From assembly GCA_973895155.1 (NCBI GenBank), contig OZ316893.1, forward strand, positions 10,483,660 to 10,547,659: DNA of 64,000 nucleotides, written 5' to 3'. The notes beneath the pieces were generated by a model, which saw only the letters and a list, made by a program, of their open reading frames with translations, was not told the DNA's origin and did not search any database. The stretch is from Marsupella aquatica (taxonomy: Eukaryota > Plantae > Marchantiophyta). Every line of letters starts with the position of its first letter. Position 1 is the stretch's first letter. A program made the translations under genes and the position numbers. This document shows, piece by piece, positions 35,285 to 52,518 of the stretch.

Positions 35285-37521
35285 GAGTCAGCGACGCCGG
35301 AGCTAAGTGTTAAGGTAGTCGAGTTCCGCGACTTTAAATAAAAAAAGTTGCATTTGGAGGTCCATTAAGTATATCTCTCATTAGGGGTTCTCAAATATTT
35401 GACACTTTTCGTAGTCCGCAGCCCGACACTTGGGCCCGGAAGATAGACTAACCGCCGATGGAGATTACAGAGTTAGACGCCGATAAGGTTTGATAAAGTC
35501 AGTTCCAGAGGGCCGGCTTTGGACCCAGGTGTAATATTTAGTGTACACCAAATGCTTCACAAGCCCACCAACACGCCCAGTCGTCTCTAGGAGAACCTTC
35601 TCAGTCACCATATACATGACAAACAATTGATTTAGCCACATTCCCTTCAATGTGCATGGGATCCAGCAAATGTCGATTGAATTAGAAGATCCTGTGAGAG
35701 GCACAGCATGGTAGGGATGCACAAGTTATACACTTGAAATCTTGGAATTTGAAATCTATAGTGTGAATCACCAACAGCAGATATTGGCATAATTAAAGGT
35801 TGCATGTACCTTCCAATATGGAAGGTAAAAATAAAACCGACGGACTGGTGATACTAGACCTATCAGCTGGTATTGTACACCTGACACCCCATCCCATGTT
35901 TGCAACCAATACTCTCCAGGCATCCTTCCCATGTGGCATTGGAAGTGTGTTTCTGTGATATATGCATATAACACTTCAAAAGAGCAGAAGATATTCTGAT
36001 AATTAAAATACTGATATCCAACAAGTCAAAAAGTGGGGTAGAGTTGGCCATGGTAAGCCTAAACCATGGTAGAGTTTGTTAACTTCAAGTTAACAAAACG
36101 TTTTCAACCCAGTACAATTAGTGTCGACATGTCTTCAACCTTGATGAAAGACTTCTCCAAGATCTATGGGCTGGATACCATGTCAAGACTATGGCAAGCT
36201 CCAATTCATGAGCAGTGGCAGCAGAGGAAATTGCAATTGCGGCTGAGGATCGTACGAGATGGAGATAGAGAGGACGGTAGATGTTGTTTGGCCCAAGAAG
36301 CACGAGAGTGAACGGGAAAAGCACCAGACACAGTCAATAACTCAGATGCTGCATCTCCCTCCCAAGCATATCAACAGATTGCTCATTCTGTTGATGTTGA
36401 GCAATTAAAGGGAGAGATCGAAGGCACTATTGAAGGTCATCAAGCCTCAGAACACGTCTGTCAATTTTATCCGAGGTAAAGCAGGAGTAGATGAATTTGC
36501 TGCAACAAAGGGAAAGGCTATTTGACTCTTGCTCTAAGTAATGGATTATATATTTGAGTCCTTTTGCTGTAGTTGTTCGCATTGATGAATTTTATTTTAG
36601 GTTGCGAGTCAGTAGGTGGAGTTGATCAAGGTGAAGAGCCAACTGAACTGAAATGGTTATCTACACTTGGAGGAATGTTGGATTCAATTCCTTGAATGCA
36701 AAGACAGCACCTCGGGCAATATCAGAAATCTGCTGCTGCCAATCATAACAGCCGTGAAGGGTTTGCACCAAGTGGCTCTTATTGCTGGCAATGAGTTGGT
36801 CAAAGGGGTTAGTGACTGCTAAGTGGACAATATTGTCAAGGCTCAACAGGGCCAGGGAAGGAGAAGCAAGTTGTCAGTGGGCACAATGACAAGGCTGTTG
36901 ACGAGGGAGGTAAGCACCAACTGGTTGGCAAGCATCACATTGTGAAATTGGTCCAAAAACCCTGTCCACTAAGCAAACTTAGCAAGGGTAAAGGAAGAAA
37001 GCTGTGGTGCAGCTGATACCTAATGAGGCGTGGACCAAAGTTTTTGACAATTACAAGACCGTGTCCCAAATTCTCCATTCACTCAAGGTAACAAGCACCA
37101 TCTGAGGCACAGCCTGCCAACTTACCTCGGGAGTCAGCAACCCTGAATCTGGTGAGATAGCAACTGACCTTAAAAAATCTTGACCTCATGAACAACTTGA
37201 TGAATACTCCCAGCCGGAAATGCATGAATGTCTTGCAAGTTCGAATGGATGCATCTGTTCCTACAGAGCCTAAAGGGAGAGCCTTTCAGGGAAATGGATC
37301 AAACTCAGATCGAAGGATGAAATGTGTGTCCACCACGACTAGCAACAGCATCAGCAGACTTGACAAAGGCATGTCAAGTGAAGTAAACAAGGGTAAGTTC
37401 AAAAAGGGCCCAGAACTTGAAAGGGCAAGAGGATGACATGGCTGCCATTTTGAATGAATTGAAGACGGGAGGTGACGATAGAAAGTTGAGTCTACGGAGA
37501 AATGGCAGGTGACGTTATGGA

Positions 37522-38160
37522 CACTAGTAGAAAAGCCGGTTTACTCAACCTGACAGTTCTGACATGCATTTTCATACTTTACTAGCCTGGACCTAGGAAA
37601 GGCTCCCCCTATTCAGACTCCCCACGTGTCCTTAAAATAATTCTGAAAAATAACCTGAGTAGACTGAGCCTGAGTGACTCTGTATCTTAAGCTACAACTC
37701 TCCCTCTCAGAGATTAATCACGTGTCTCAAGTTACAATCTAGGAACACTCAGCTAACGAGTGCAGGCCTTCATATCAAACGGAACCCTCAAGCTAACCAG
37801 TGCAAGCCTTGATATTAAACAGAACCTGACAACTCCCAGACAACTCTCAAGCTCACCGTCCCTTTGGCGCCCACTCCAAGAGATCAGCAACCCTTGGTAC
37901 CCACTCTAGAGATCATTAAGGTGTCTCGAGTAACACGTCCAAGTTACTCATATATTTCTAAGACCTGTCACCCCACAACACCTTTGCTCCCATATGAATT
38001 GTCCCCAGCAAAAAGAGCTTTATCAGGTTCACTCTCAGGCCTACATGCCGGCTTGGAAAAACTAGTAGCAACAGTGTTTCACAAAGCCGGGTCCACTGGA
38101 ACTGCTCTTGTACTTCCATGCCGGCTTGGAAACACTAGTATGAAGAGTGTTTCACTGTCT
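37522..38160. mobile_element. Possible CACTA (En/Spm) terminal fragment
   Basis: CACTAGTAGAAAA terminus at 37522 and repeated CATGCCGGCTTGGAAA.ACTAGTA motifs at ~38045 and ~38117. No partner TIR found. Confidence 0.35.
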
Positions 38161-39735
38161 CCCAACGGATTCACAACCAAACGCTGTTTACTTGTCACAG
38201 TTGAGTGCATCTAAGGTCCAGGCTTGGCTTTCCTGGAAGTTCGCTCTGGCGATGCCGTGGTGGGAATAAAGTAAAAGAACGCGACGGGAGAAGGGGTTTT
38301 ACTATATAACAATGCAAAAGAACCAAAAACCCCTAACCCGGAGAGAGGTCCCGAAGGCAAAGCTACCAGAAGGGAGGGGAAAGAGCCCACAGGCGACCGA
38401 AGAGTCATGGGCTAATAATCAAAGATGGTCTCGTGGCTCCAACAAGAATTATAAAAATGGTCTTGTCATCAGCCACCCCGGAAGCAAAGTACATTGTAAG
38501 GTATTGCCTACTGGTAAAGTCCATCCCCAATTCTTTGACTGCAATCATACATTGGCGATTATCCACAGTCAAGAAAGTAACGACATTTATTGCATTTGTC
38601 AAGTCAATTGTGCTAAAGCTTCTGGAAATGCTTTAATCGCAGCTGGATCTGGCCAGAGTATCAGGAAAGCAATTTCACTGTGCTTTCTACTTTGAAAAGG
38701 GCCCATTACCAGAATGTTTTTCCTATCATTGCTATATGGTTGAAAAACAAGATTGCCCATCTTTTATTTTATATTAAAAGGAATACGATCCGCCAAACCT
38801 AATTCAAAACCCAGATGCAGGTGAAATATTATCCCAGAATTGCTCCGATACTTTTGTGATCTCCACACATCGTTTTAATAGATCCAACCAAAAAATATAT
38901 TCAATAGAACAGCAATAGAACAGCAATAGAATAGCAATAGAATAGCCCCTTCTTAAAAAATTATCGAGCATATATGTAATCGGTCTCAGAACTATACAGT
39001 CAGACAGCCAAAACGTTGCTGCCAGGGTCAGTTCAGCTCTGAGTGGCAGAACTTACCGTCCATATTTTGAAGTACTTACACACTCGCAAGAACTACCAGT
39101 TTCGTAAACATGCCCAAATGTTTAGAAATTGTTCCTTCGTTGTACACAGGTTCAGGGAAACAGCGGAGTAGGCAATCGTGCCCTACCCCATGTAAAGGTC
39201 ATGTTCGTCTTCTACGCTCGGAACGTAATCAGACAAATGAACCTGAAAATCGCATATATTGTCCGACACACAGTTCTAGAGGGCACGAGTCATCGGACAC
39301 CGCAAACACCGTTCAGATTCAATGGCATTGCAGCAGAAAAACCAGACAGACATCTGCCAGCAGTGGCAGATTAATAAGGGACAAGAGGGTAGTCGCAAGG
39401 CACCCAAAACAACCCGGCAAAGCGGACATATCCAGCGCAGCGAGAACAGAACTGAGAAGTGCAACGATCTAAGAACGAAACCAAAAACTATTTGGAGGTT
39501 GTATTCTTCACTAGAAGCCTGGAAGATACGTAAACTACCGATTGGCCAGAATAAAACAGTAAAATTGGTGACCTTCGACGTACACTTCAACGACCAAGCA
39601 TAATTTCCACGTTCCTATCCACGAAGGAAGGTGCTTAGCAAATACACGGAAACAATGGTGTATTACCCATCAGGTGATTAAAAAAGTGCAACTAAACGCC
39701 GTACACTCGTGAGTTGCTTAAATCTGAACGCTAGT

Positions 39736-41591
<1,856 letters not shown>

Positions 41592-42289
41592 TCACCTTGT
41601 CTCAGCTTCCTGCGTCTGAGCGTCTCGCACCGTAAAACAACGCCAGACGGGACTCAATTAACGCCGCTCCACGCCACAACACAGTGTACTTGGTGTAGCT
41701 ACGCAACAAATCGCCGATGAGCTCTGTTCTAAATGTTGTGCCGATGCGCGATCCTGCACCACCCTCACAGCCTCACCTCACTGCCTCACAGCAGCAGCAG
41801 CAGCAGTGGACCAACTACTGTGTATCGAATCCCGATCACAGCACCACCGATGAGCACGCCCTTCGTAGTTCAGCACTTCAGTAGCAGTAGCAATGCTCGA
41901 CACGAAGAAGACATGGAGCGGCATTCCCAGGCTCGCGAAAAATGCGAAATACAAGAATGATCTCGCTTGCAGAGTGGCAGGCAGAGACAGAGACAGACAC
42001 AGACACGCACGCACCCCCACACGCGGGATTATCACGCAGGCTGCACGAAGACGCGCAAACTCGATCCGACCGTACGCCCCTCTCCTTCCAAGAAACCACC
42101 TCTCACTCGCTCGCTGCCTCCCTCCCCCCGCGTCGTCAACAGCCTCCTGCCTCCCCCCTACTCTCTAGGGTACCCGGGCTAGGGTCTAACCCATGTGGCC
42201 CTCACCGGCTGACCGGCTAGTAATGGACGTACTGTACTGTAGTTACATGTCGGGTGACCATGGGGATAGTAATGACTAATGAGAAGCAG

Positions 42290-42500
42290 CCAGTACTTAT
42301 ACGATAAGATAATACCCATTCATGGTTTTGTTCATTACTTATACGATACGATAAGATAATAACCATTCATTTTGTTCATTACTTATATACGATAAGCTAA
42401 GATAATAACCATTCATTCTGTTCATTACTTGTACGATACGATACGATACGATACGATACGATAATAACCATTCATTGTTCATTACTTATACGATAAGATC
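42290..42500 (+). repeat. ~45-60-bp tandem repeat with (GATAC)n microsatellite upstream of CaM A
   Basis: TTCATTACTTATACGATA..GATAATAACCATTCA units, about 4-5 copies. Confidence 0.8.
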
Positions 42501-43461
42501 ATGTCTGTCAGGTCTAGGGTTACCAGCCTACACTAGTATTGTTAGCCTCTAACCCTGTGATCAAAAAGTGAGGAAAACCCTGACCCGTGGTAACAAAGAA
42601 AGCTTTTTGAGTTCTTGGAGCAGGGTTCTAAACTATAACCCCTGCTGAAATCTCCATTAGGGTGGATAAGTAGTGTTCAGAAAAAGCCACTTTGGGGCAG
42701 GAGATTATTGAAATAGTATCTGCTTCCAAAAATGGTTACCAAACTGTAACCTGCATTCCCTACAGAAATTATGGTGGAGGGGTGTCACTTGTACCTTGTG
42801 TTTTAGTTCAAATTTGATAATCCCCAGGCTAAGTAGACAGGGTTTTGTGACTCACTTGTAGAGTAATGTCTCATAACCTTCTATAGAAATACAAAAAAGA
42901 ACATGTGAAGTATTTATGTGAAATATAACCCATGCAAAAGAACATAAAGCATCAGACTGGGATACATGATGTGGCCATGAACTAACAAGCATAAGCCACA
43001 AGTGTAATTGTATTCTATTCTTGACCTGAAAAATTGCAGCCAAAATTGGATAACTATTTGGGGCTAGAAATCTCATAACCCCTAGGCAAGGCTGACAGGG
43101 GCAGTGGGGCCAGTGGCTCATTACCATCCATAGAAACACAAAAAAAATAAAAATAAGAGGTTTCTGTTCACTCTCAAAGTTGTCCTCAGTGTTGTGCGGA
43201 CCAGAGTACCATAAAATCTCTGGACTCTCTCCTGATGTTCTGTTTTGAGTGCATTTTGTATACAATGTAGTACTATTTGGCATTGTGCAATATGAGAGCT
43301 TTGGCATGGTGAAATGTAATGCCCCCAAAATGAGAGCTTCAGCTCAAGACTTATGAGGGATGGTCTATTGTTATTATTGATCATAAAACTTTAATAGTAC
43401 TTATTATGTTTAATCTTGACTTTAAGAAATAAAGGATGTTCCCTTACAATGTACTGCATTC

Positions 43462-43804
43462 TATTAGATATTGTTCTAGTCTTGTGATTCATAAGCTAAC
43501 CACAGTTAGGCTAACTCGGGTTAGGACTTAGCTAAAGTTAGCGGTAGTGTTGTTGTGTATTAATCCAGGGCAGATACCAGACCCTGGGGAACTTAGGTTC
43601 ATTGTTACGAAGCTAGTTGAGAGATAGGGAGAGCTTGCGCTGTGGATGTTTGGTATGGCCGGTCGGCCTAGAGTGCAGTAAAGCTCTTGTGTGTTCCCGT
43701 GGACGTAGCCTCATGTGGAGGTGAACCACGTATCTCTCTGTGTCGACTCTTGTGCGTTGGATGGTTCATGGGCTTGCAGTTGCGAATGTCGTCTATGCTT
43801 AACA
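43462..43804 (+). mobile_element. Solo LTR related to the 31129-32554 element
   Basis: Shares AAAGCTCT..TGTGTGTTCCCGTGGACGTAGCCTCA..GGTGAACCACGTATCTC..GTCGTCTATGCT.AACA. TSD CATTC at 43457-43461 and 43805-43809; the 5' TG has mutated to TA. Confidence 0.85.
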
Positions 43805-44179
43805 CATTCCACTCTGGTCAGTATTCACAATTGGCAAAGAAATGGACAAAGGGAGGACAAAAACTGACATTAGCTGTAATTTTATTTTAAAGATATTTAT
43901 TCTTTATTAAGAAAATCATCAGCCATAGATCTGAACTTTGAGATCGTTCTTTTGAGCCCCATATGGACAAATGAGGATGGTGGATGCAAACAAAAATGGA
44001 AGGCCAAGATAACAAGAAGTTGACCTACTTACTAACAACTGTTGAGTTTGAGACAAGACAATAATCTTGGGATCCGAGCTCATGATGGGTTACTTACCAA
44101 TGGGTTTGGTTGCTTGTGCACATAATAGGGACCATTGAGTGACAGTCATGCTAAGCAACAATTGTGGCTTTAATATGGG

Positions 44180-45375
44180 AGTTGTTGCAGGCGATGAAAG
44201 AGGCATCAAGTTGCTTGCTCGTGGAGTTTCATTTAGGCATTTGGGCACCAAGGGTACTTAGACAAAGTTCTTGGTTCAATGGTGAGGGCGGTGGGTACTC
44301 CATTGGCTTCCTACTTCAAACTCTCAAATAATGATTGTCCTTCTAGTGAGAGTGATACACTAACGATGAAACCAGTTCCCCATGATAGTATTGCGGGTAG
44401 TTTGATGTAGGCAATGACATGTACTAGACTTGACATTGTTCACACTATTAGCATTTTGAGCAAATTTATGGCAAACCCTGGTAAGCTTCACTAAGAAGTA
44501 GTGAAGTGGGTTTAATTTGCATTATCTCAAAGATACCTTAGGTTGTGAGATTTTCTTTGATGGTGAAGTAGACTTTATTTTAGACTTAGGAGGTTATGTA
44601 AGTTCAGTTTATGTTACTAATTTTGATAACAGGAAGTCTACTACAGACTATGTGTTTATCTTGGGTGAAGGTTGTATTAGTTGGAAGTCGGCGACTCAAT
44701 CCTGTTGTCTACTACTGAGGCTAAATACATGACTATCTTGAGACAACCAATGAGCTTATCTGACTACAAAGATCACTGAGTGATATGGGTCTGTCACCTA
44801 AAAGACTTGTATTGTTATGTAATAATCAAAGTGCTTTGTATTTGGCTGAGGACCCTGTGTTGCACATTAGGAAAAATCACAAGTTTCATTTGTGAAGCAA
44901 TTAAGACAAAGCAGATATCTGGAGAATGTGGCTTCAGAGGAGAATGCACCATACATGCTTACGTACCAAAGTGTTATGTACCGATAGTTTAATTTATTCA
45001 GTGTGTGGATGTGATTCATGTTAGAGCCAAAACCGAAGACTATGTAGATGTCACTCAGTTATATATTGCGGGAACTTGATTCAAGGTGGAGATTGTTAGG
45101 AATTGACTCAAGTGCCCGAACTCAGTTAGTTTGACCTTGCTAAGGTTAGTTAATTCTTAATCACATTAAGATAAGATCTGCTTAGTTTAGGACCACACAT
45201 CGTAGCTCCCCCTTGGGGGTATAGGTTGGAGGGAGAATATTCTCTTCATTATTCACATGTATGTTGTGAATCTTTCAAGAGTTTCTCCACTTGTGTGTCT
45301 TGGGGGTGTAGGGCCTGATTAGTGTGCTCTCATGGTCCCCATTTGTTGTCTAGTCTGAGCTGACTGTTTCTTACA
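44180..45375 (+). mobile_element. Ty1/Copia remnant: degenerate RT/RNase H, PPT and 3' LTR
   Basis: Translations TPLASYFKLS, GSLM*AMTCTRLDI, FMANPGKLH* and RKSTTDYVFILGEGCISWKS. PPT AAGGTGGAGAT is followed by TGTTAGG at 45094; LTR end approximate. Confidence 0.85.
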
Positions 45376-48062
45376 TATTCTATTGCATGTTAGTCACGGT
45401 AGGGTCTCATGGGGCAAAGCAATGGAAATGGAAAAGCAAAAGTTGCATAAAAAGATTGATTGAATAAACTAAGTGAAGTAATATATAGTAGTGAGATCCC
45501 ATGGTCTTTAGGAATAATAGGACCATGTTTGGGAATATTCAAGCACACTATGGGGCTGGGACCAAACAAAACGCAACGTGGAGAAGGGGGAAGGACATAG
45601 CTTGAAAAAAGGGACAAAGCTTAAAAGAAGGATGAACAAAGATTCATTCAGTCTTCTTGTGACCAACCTAGTTCCTTTGGCCCTGGCCCTGCGTATGAGT
45701 ATCAGGGCATCATGCCCATTTCCAGATGGTTGACAGGGATTGATTCCCTTCTTCACAAGGGTTACTTTATACGAAAACAATCAACTCCCCGTTTTTCCTT
45801 ATGCCACTCACCTGCTTCCCCTACAATAATCGTCCCCTTGGCTACTTTAGGATAGACTTAGCTATTAATGGTGAAAAAAATTGGATCCAGGTTTAACAAT
45901 GGACAGTGGCTGTCAATGTCCTTAGGGTTCCTCTTTCTACACTTACAGCACCCGCATCTCTGTATTTATCAGACAAAAAGCAAACTTAATCCTTATAAAT
46001 TAGCCCATAAGTACTGCCCGCTGCCAGTGTGTGTCATATTAAGTTTTGATGATAAATACCAACCTCAATTAAATGAGGATATCATTTGAGTGGTAACACA
46101 GCTGAGTGGGGCACAGCAGGTCCAGAGTTCTTGCTAGTGCAAAAGTGTTTTGATATTCACCTAACCCCAAAGTGGAGCACATTCTTGCAGTTGTGACTTA
46201 GAAAAAAATTGCACATTAACCCAAAAGTAATTTGACTTTCACCTCACCCAAAAGTAATTTACATTCATACTTTTATGACTTAGAAAAAAAATTGGATTCT
46301 TGTGGCAGCAACGTGCGCAAAGTGCACAAATATGTACAAGATTATTTTATGTGCCAAATAAAACAGTTGCTTATGTCTACCATGCATTTGCAATCACCTG
46401 TAACACACCTCAAGGGAGAGCAAACATTTATTGGACGATCAGCAGTGCAGAGTACTTGCAGACCAACTGGAGACAAACACTAAATTCATCGGTACACTCG
46501 CAAACCCCTTCCAGGCTCATTTTGCCCTGCTGGTAATCACACATCAAAATGTGACTGTATTCATTAATTGAAAACAAAAAACTAGGATTATCACGGTATG
46601 AAGGGGTGTTGTTCATGGTATATGTCATATTTTGATGTGCAGTTACAGAGACCCCTCATTTTGATAGGTCTTGAGCAATGCCAACAAAGGTCGCTCGGAT
46701 AGGTCTTGCTAAACAATCCAAGAAAACAATCCCTCCTAAAACCCAGAGGAGGCAGACAGGAAGACAGTAGCCTTTCACACGCTAGCACCTGCAGAGAACC
46801 AGGCCTGAGAGCGTTTACTTGTGACAGTTGAATGCATACGCAACTCCTCCTACAGCCCAAAGGATCATGCCTTCGCTTTCCTGGGAGTTCCTGGTGGTCT
46901 CGGGATGTATGAGAAAACAAAGTAGATGAACGCAAGAGAAGGGGTAGAGTATTACGAAATGGGTTACTACAGATCCAACATTGTCTCGTTGCGTGCAGAA
47001 AGAATAAAAAGGTGGTCTTGTCGTCAGCCAGACTAGAAACAACATACATTGCAAATTATTGCCGACTAAAAAACGAAGCCCATCCGCGATATTTTGAATG
47101 CAGTAACATTGCGGGTTGTCCACAGTCGGGAAGGTAACGAGATTGTTTTACATTGTCACGGGACTTGTGCTTCAGCTTCTGGAAAAAACGCAGATGACAT
47201 ATATATCCAGGAATTGCTGCGATACTTGTGTTCACCCACACATCGTTGTCACCAGATTCAACCCAAAGATATTTTCAATCAACTAGCACATTCTCCAGAA
47301 ATTGTCAAACTTATGTAATGGGTCTCATAACTGTCCAGTCAGACAGCAGAAAAATGTCACTTCCATGGTCATCAGTCCAGAGTGGCAGAACTTACCGTCC
47401 ATAATCTGACATACTTACAAACTGGCAAACACTACCAGTTCGTAAATCTGCCCAAATGTATACAAATTGTACCTTCCTCATACACAATTAGGGGAAAGCT
47501 GTAAGCGGAGAAGGCAATCATAGCCCTACACCACGTAAGCCCATATTCATCGTCTATGCTTCGACAGCACGTAATCAGACAAAAGAACCTGAAACTGGCG
47601 TATATTGCCCGAAACACAGTTCAAGACGGCACCAGTCATCGGATTGCACTGCAAACACCGTTAAGTTTCACTGGCACTGGAGCAGAAAATCCAGACAGAC
47701 ATCTGCCAGCAAAAGCAGACTGAAAGGACAAGAGGGTGGTCGCAAAGCACCCCAAACAACCCGACAAAGCCGACATCCATCGCAGTGAGAACTGAGAAGA
47801 GTAAGAAACTAACAGTGAAACCAAAAACTATGCGATAGTTGTAATTCTTCACTAGAAGCCGGAAAGATAGGTTGAACTACCAAATGGCCAGGATAGAACA
47901 GGAAAATTGGAGAACTTCGATGTACACTTCAGCGAGCAAGGATGACGTCCATGCTCCTGTCCATGAAGGAAGGTGCTTAGCATATACACGGAAACAATGG
48001 TGTATTACCAACAGGTGATTAAAAAGGATAACTACGCGAGTCGCTTAAATCTGAACGCCAAT

Positions 48063-49947
<1,885 letters not shown>

Positions 49948-52518
49948 TCAGCTTCCTATGTCTCGCACCGTAAAACAACACCAGACGACTGCAGCACCTT
50001 GCCACAAGCCAGCGTACCCACAAGCTATCCCGGTCGGCGAACACCGATGAGGTGCTCCACACACACCCACAGTAAGTAGCACCGTCTGTTTGCTGTTGCG
50101 GAGCGATTCTCAATCGGCGGACACCGATGAGGACCGATTGTGGTGTCTGCTCTTCCGATGTGTAACGAATATCCCAAGCAGCCCACCACTGGGCCCTCCT
50201 CCCTTTTACTGTCAGTTCACGTCTTCAGAGTTCAGACTTCAGGAGAAATGATGGACACGGAGAAGACTCCCAGGCTCGCGGAAGACAAGAATAATGTTGC
50301 TCGCCCACAGTATTGATTAGGCAGCACGGAGACGCGCAAACAGGCTCCACTTCGTCGTCCAGGAAAGGCACCTCCTCTAACTCGCTCTCGCGGCTCCTAT
50401 TCTTATTATCACTAGCCCGATTATTGGTCTTAGGGACTCTAGTAGGATTATGCTGCTTGACTTTCCTATTCAGCTCACACTGGAGTTATTCCAAGCTCTT
50501 CTTTGCTTGACTTTCGTTATTTTGCTTGACTTTCCTATGCAGCAGCTCACACCTGAGTTGTACCAGACTCTTCTTTATTGATTGGTAGACTTTGGGATCT
50601 TGGCTTTTGTGTGTGGGGTAGTTATTTGTTATTTGTTTCTTGGCCTTTCTTGGCACTTTGGTTGTCCCCACTTCATTTGGGTTTTTTGCCAGAGTATCAT
50701 GTGTCCATGTTGGACTCCCTTTGTTTTTGGCAATAAAAATATATATATATGAGGACCCATTCTTTTTGTATTCTTATTATTACCTTATTATTATTACTAG
50801 CTTGACTATGGCTGGTATTCTTATTATTACTATCCCCATGACCCATACTTTTTGGATTCTTATTATTATCATCTTTATTATTATTATTATTAGTTTTACT
50901 ATCCATTCTTTGAACATGAATAAAGATGAGAATTAAAAACTGTCAACCCTAAATGAGAATAGCTGACCAAAGATTCTTCAAGTAACTGAAGACAAGCTGG
51001 CCATTTCACCATAGCCCTTGATAGCAACTGACCTCTTCACAGGCACCCTACGTAGTCCATTGACTGTCCTCACATGTGGTTCCTACTTCACCGACTCTCT
51101 TCACAAGTGGCCCTATTTTCAAATATGGTGCACACTCCCAGCACTACTCCACCCCATAATTCAATTATCGCCCCTAAAGTCCGTGAACATAAATAGAGAC
51201 CAAGACAATACATAATCATGCAAAATAATGATTATATGATATTTTTGGTTCATTTGCTGCCCCCCCCCCCCCCCCCCCCGCGCTCTCTCACAATACTTAT
51301 TAGGCAGCACAGATACGATCAAACAAACTCCACTTTCTCCAGGAAAGCACCTACTCCCTCTTGCTGCTTGTAGTGTTATTATTATTAGTGAAATTCCTTC
51401 ATTGGGTTCTTTCCTTTCCTCAGTCCGTCCTGGCTACGTGAATGTGGTATGGAATATATGTTACCTATTTTTAATTATTTTTGGAAGTCCTTGCTAATTC
51501 CATGACCTAGTGGCCTGACTATCCATTCCTTGAAAGTAAAACAAAGATGAGACCAAATTGAATCTTGTAAAGAAATATTTTTTATTGTTTGTTTTATGCA
51601 TACACTTTTAGGTATTCCATTAGAGTCACTATCTAAAGGCTTCACTATTAGACAGTAGCAATGAAGAGTAGGTTATGATCATGCTGTACTAGTAAGATAG
51701 CCCAAAAATGCGTGCTAGATAACTTTTTCCTGTCCCACATTTGCATACTATAATTAATCTGTGGACCCCATGTTATTTTAGAGGCAGTTATCTAGAAACT
51801 GAAGCCTAGATGGACCTCCAAATCTAAAGAAAAAACATTCAAAAATGGACAAGTCAATGGTTTGACACTTGAAACAGTTACCAAACTTACCAAGCAACCA
51901 TAATTAGCATCAATCACAAAACTAGCTGCAATGTGAACTATTGTTTAATGTGTGGGTAACTTAATTGCCCACTTCAGTAAAATAGCACTCGACTGTTTCC
52001 TCCAGAGTACCGAAGGGATGTTGGATGCACTCAAGTTGCATAGAAAGTACTCACTTTTCAATTCCTACACGCAGATAGACAAAGAGAGAGAAGTCATCGG
52101 TGTCATCAAATCACTAACTTTGCATAATCGTTTAAGATAAACATGGAAACAATCTTCAATTGTGTTATTCAGAATTGATCGAAAGCTAGAGAAATTTAGA
52201 AATTCATGACCACTTTAGTACTTGATAAAATCTCCCAATGTTACACTCATTGGAAAGCTAGAGAACATTGGAAACTAATAATCTACTCAGAATTCAACTA
52301 AATCTATCAATGTTAAGTTCATTAAAATGCTAAAGAATTTCTAAAACTCATAATCTCCTTAGTACTGGATAAAATGTGTCGATTTTAAGTTCATTCTCAT
52401 GGAAGGGGTCAACATTTCAGGGGTTGTACAAAAAACGATTTCTATTCACTTTAGAGATTATGAAATCATGGGTAAAATTTATTTTTCAAATTACTTACTC
52501 AATTCTTACCAAATGGTG

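Larger units (their letters stand above)
28011..35379 (+). mobile_element. Internally deleted, 5'-truncated copy of the 8951-19392 MULE family carrying nested insertions
   Basis: 28011-28430 matches 10224-10640; the junction matches 14085-14125; 33230-33600 is the repeat array; 33630-33879 matches 19090-19352. Terminal TIR TTGCATTTGGAGGTCCATTAAGTATATCTCTC ends at 35379. Confidence 0.85.

Noticed and set aside
36660-37440. Weak kinase-like (DWQQQISDIARG) and LRR-like peptides
   Set aside because: Too short, on opposite strands, and without supporting motifs.
38200-39600. Alternative CaM exon encoding a polybasic CaaX tail (CaM53-like)
   Set aside because: No in-frame CaaX-ending exon conserved between both copies was found.
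50640-50936. Hydrophobic Ile-rich 98-aa ORF
   Set aside because: Product of (ATT)n low-complexity sequence.
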